A DNA stretch of 64,000 nt from NCBI GenBank assembly GCA_002383685.1, contig DFZC01000051.1:575-64574 (forward strand), in the 5' to 3' direction. A program made the position numbers and the translations under genes. The stretch comes from Synergistaceae bacterium UBA4066 (GTDB lineage: Bacteria > Synergistota > Synergistia > Synergistales > Thermovirgaceae). Shown here one piece after another: positions 61,314-64,000 of this stretch (its first letter is position 1; the number at the start of each line of letters is the position of its first letter). A model generated the notes under the pieces. That model was given only the letters and a program-made list of their open reading frames with translations, did not search any database and was not told the DNA's origin.

Positions 61314-63300
61314 CATCGTGATCGGGATAGACACGGGGGGAACTTATACCGATGCAGTCCTTCTCGCTCGTGGCTCCGGAAAGGTCCTTGAATGGTCGAA
61401 GGTGCGAACCGACAAACAGAACCTCGGCTCCTGCATCAGGGAAGCAGTCATCAAACTTATCGAGAAAAACAGTGCCGCCAGGAACGCATCGGCTGTAAAC
61501 CTCTCCACGACCCTCGCCACAAACGCGATCGCTGAAGGCAGGATGCGGCCTGTATGCCTTGTCCTTGCAGGATACGACGAAGACTCCTTCAAGACATGGA
61601 GTTTCGAAAAAGAGATCCCCTCCGGTAACATCATTTTCGTAAGAGGGGGGCATGACAGGTGGGGGGACGAATCATCGCCGCTTGATGAAGAAGAGATTCG
61701 AAGGACAGCGGCCAGGTGGAAGGACCGGGTTGAGGCCTTTGCCGTGTCTGCACTTTTCGGGAACCGCAACCCTGACCACGAGATCAGGGCAAGGTGGATC
61801 CTTCAGAGTGGATCCGGGCTTCCCTGTACCTGCGGCCACGAATTGACCGGAAAACTGAACGCACTTTCAAGGGCTTCGACCGCTGCAATGAACGCATCCC
61901 TGGTCCCGATAGTCAGGGAATGGATGGATTCGGTGGGATCTGCCCTTTCCTCCCTTGGGGTGGACGCACCCCTTCATGTTGTTCGGGGTGACGGCAGCCT
62001 TGTAAGTTCGACATGGGCGAAAGAAAGACCCATTGAGACCATACTTTCAGGTCCAGCGGCCAGCGCCATCGGGGCTTCCCGCCTGGCGGGACTATCCAGG
62101 GAAAGGGATGCCGTCGTGATCGACATGGGGGGGACCACTACGGATATCGTGCTGGTCCGGAAGGGATCCCTGAAACTCCGGGAAGACGGCGCAATGGTAG
62201 GGGGGTTCCGGGCCATGATACCATCGGGTGAGATAAACACCACCGCCCTGGGGGGCGATAGCCAGGTCTTTCTCAATCCCGACGGAGTGATATCAATAGG
62301 CCCGCTCAGGGTAGAACCCCTGTGCATAATTTCAAAAAAAAGGCCGGAAGTCATTGAACATATTTCCCGGATCACGCATAAGGGAGGTGCCTCATACGAA
62401 GACCTGGTCTTCCTTATCCCGGCCGGCAAAGCGGAGATCCAGGGAGACAGGGCAGAAAAGAGGATCATAGAGCGATCCGGAAATTCACTTCTCTCGCTTG
62501 AGGATGCTTCGAAAGAATTCAAGGACCCTGTTTCAGGCCTTGGGACTGTCATGGGCCTGGTCCGGTCGGGTAAGCTGGAAATTTCTGCATTCACCCCCAC
62601 GGATGCCATGTGTGCCATGGGATGCATTCCATCCGGTGATGTTGAGACGGCCGTAAAGTCGGCGGAGATACTTGCCTCCCTGGGGCCCTTCGAAGAGGGG
62701 AACGCCTTTTGCAGGGCCGTACTTGAAAGAGTTTCCGAATACCTCTCACTGTTTGTTGTTGAATCCCTGCTCGAACGCCGCGGATTCCATGGGAGCAAAA
62801 CCTCGGAGGAAAATTTCAGGAAAAGGCTGGCAGAAGAGATAGTGCGTCCCCCGAGCAGCGACGATCTGCTTCCCATAGGAGCTTCACTGAACACACTTAT
62901 CATTGGAGTTGGAGCACCGTGCGATGCTTTTATCCCGAAGGCCGCCGGCCTTCTCAAGGCGGAGTTCAGCGTTCCTGATCATGCCCCGGTCGCAAACGCT
63001 GCAGGAGCTGCAGCAGCAGCCTTCAGTGTCCGCAAGGGGGTTCTTGTGCTTCCTCTCCCCGAGTGTGGAGGATTCAGGGTACATTTACCCTGGGGAACTT
63101 CGGACATGCCTTCTATAGAGGAGGCGATTGGATACGCGGAGACGTCAATGAAGAAATGGCTTGGCGGGATCGTTGCGGAAGAAGCTGAAGGGAAGGTCTC
63201 CTGGAAGTTGTCCCGGGAGAACAATACCGTGAAGCTGAAGGACGGTACGTCTTACCTTCTGGGGATAACACTCTGGTTTGAGGCAGTCCAGGATCGATAA
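61291..63300 (+). CDS. hydantoinase/oxoprolinase-A-type ASKHA ATPase (no HyuB partner)
   Basis: IGIDTGGTYTDAVLL (N-terminal phosphate-1 motif) and VIDMGGTTTDIVLV. It overlaps the upstream gene by 14-23 nt. The start is ATG 61291 or 61300. Confidence 0.8.
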   Translation: MGPMRQNDIVIGIDTGGTYTDAVLLARGSGKVLEWSKVRTDKQNLGSCIREAVIKLIEKNSAARNASAVNLSTTLATNAIAEGRMRPVCLVLAGYDEDSFKTWSFEKEIPSGNIIFVRGGHDRWGDESSPLDEEEIRRTAARWKDRVEAFAVSALFGNRNPDHEIRARWILQSGSGLPCTCGHELTGKLNALSRASTAAMNASLVPIVREWMDSVGSALSSLGVDAPLHVVRGDGSLVSSTWAKERPIETILSGPAASAIGASRLAGLSRERDAVVIDMGGTTTDIVLVRKGSLKLREDGAMVGGFRAMIPSGEINTTALGGDSQVFLNPDGVISIGPLRVEPLCIISKKRPEVIEHISRITHKGGASYEDLVFLIPAGKAEIQGDRAEKRIIERSGNSLLSLEDASKEFKDPVSGLGTVMGLVRSGKLEISAFTPTDAMCAMGCIPSGDVETAVKSAEILASLGPFEEGNAFCRAVLERVSEYLSLFVVESLLERRGFHGSKTSEENFRKRLAEEIVRPPSSDDLLPIGASLNTLIIGVGAPCDAFIPKAAGLLKAEFSVPDHAPVANAAGAAAAAFSVRKGVLVLPLPECGGFRVHLPWGTSDMPSIEEAIGYAETSMKKWLGGIVAEEAEGKVSWKLSRENNTVKLKDGTSYLLGITLWFEAVQDR

Positions 63301-63355
63301 AAGAAAAGGGAAGCGGCTCCAAACGGGACAGAAGTCGCTGAAGATCATCCAGGTA

Positions 63356-64000
63356 TCAATTGTCCAACGGGAAGATACCGTTCCCATCCTTGGAGATAAA
63401 TTCCTCAAAGAACTTCCTTGAATTCTCAAGATGCTGCCTGAGCGCCTCGATGGCGCCTTTTTCGTCCCCATCCCTCAAAGCCTGGACTATGGACGAATGT
63501 TCATCTTTCCCGATACTCCTGTAATCCTCAACTTCGAGGTACAGTCGGAGATACCTGTCGACGTTCGAATAGAGGTTCTGGATCATCTGGAGGAGCCTCG
63601 GGCTCTTTGCCGCCTGGTATAGGCTCTTGTGGAACTCCCAGTTCAGGCCGCACCATTTGTGGATATCCTTTTCGTCCCCGATCTCCATGTTGATGTAATC
63701 GCATCTTCGAAGGGTCTTCTCGTCAAGATTGGGGATAGCAAGCCTCAGAGCCTCCGACTCCAGAAGTATCCTTATGGAAAATATCTCTCTTGCGTCCTCC
63801 TCGGTCAAGCCCGTTACTATGGCACCCCTGTTTGGAATTATCTCGACAAATCCTTCTGCTTCAAGCTGACGGATCGCTTCACGCACAGGCGTGTGGCTCA
63901 CCCCCATGGCCGCGGCTATTTCAGCCTGCCTCAAAACCTTCCCCTGGGGGAAAAGCCCCCTCATGATAGCCTCCCGGAGGACATTCACGACCATTACAGG
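63356..64000 (-). CDS. GntR-family transcriptional regulator with FCD domain (5' end probably beyond the window)
   Basis: LRQAEIAAAMGVSHTPVREAIRQLEAEGFVEIIPNRGAIV followed by an FCD-like helical domain. The frame stays open to the window edge. Confidence 0.85.
   Translation of the reverse strand, partial: PVMVVNVLREAIMRGLFPQGKVLRQAEIAAAMGVSHTPVREAIRQLEAEGFVEIIPNRGAIVTGLTEEDAREIFSIRILLESEALRLAIPNLDEKTLRRCDYINMEIGDEKDIHKWCGLNWEFHKSLYQAAKSPRLLQMIQNLYSNVDRYLRLYLEVEDYRSIGKDEHSSIVQALRDGDEKGAIEALRQHLENSRKFFEEFISKDGNGIFPLDN

Overview
This is a 64-kb chromosomal segment from a moderately GC-rich bacterium that looks anaerobic and peptide/amino-acid fermenting. There is no rRNA in the window, so taxonomy cannot be assigned from this sequence. 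I support about 75 protein genes and 2 tRNAs. I found no CRISPR array and no transposase, integrase or phage genes.

Layout:
1. 0.3-9.5 kb, accessory-looking. It holds a truncated SAM-methyltransferase, a 670-bp gene-free tract full of repeats, a RelE/ParE-AbrB toxin-antitoxin pair and a MoxR-DUF58-DUF4129 operon. It also holds a HigB/HigA pair whose toxin is broken by a 26-nt insertion, an ARPP-1/DUF6569-like gene, a C_GCAxxG_C_C protein and a DEDDh exonuclease-WYL fusion. It ends at tRNA-Arg(ACG) and tRNA-Ser(GCU). The intergenic DNA here is a mosaic of at least five short repeat modules, which I label A-E.
2. 9.5-15.7 kb, housekeeping: PpiD-like chaperone, polA, gltX, asparaginase.
3. 15.8-24.1 kb: a complete 14-gene Mrp-linked group-4 membrane-bound [NiFe] hydrogenase operon, colinear with archaeal mbhA-N.
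4. 24.2-31.3 kb: a frameshifted tspO, umuC followed by a natively truncated UmuD'-like gene, and two ArsR-controlled arsenic modules.
5. 31.4-56.5 kb: a peptide/amino-acid catabolic region. It contains 3 aminotransferases, 3 M20 peptidases, a D-aminoacylase, YfcC and YidE-type transporters and a 2,4-diaminopentanoate-dehydrogenase-like enzyme. It also contains a thiolase, CoA-transferase AB, a TAXI-TRAP transporter, and IclR and RpiR regulators.
6. 56.7-64 kb: a divergent HemB-like gene, an AbrB-type membrane protein, MsrB, and a fused GlmE-like/B12-binding protein translationally coupled to a hydantoinase-type ATPase, with a GntR regulator.

Best candidates for undescribed biology, in my order:
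- the fused B12 mutase-like protein plus ASKHA ATPase pair
- the structured repeat mosaic around the TA loci, including a hairpin with compensatory changes
- the ARPP-1-like gene and the exonuclease-WYL gene
- the metal-site-less HemB paralogue
- a stand-alone 43-aa Cys-rich peptide gene

All family calls rest on motif recognition by eye. No database search or computation was run.
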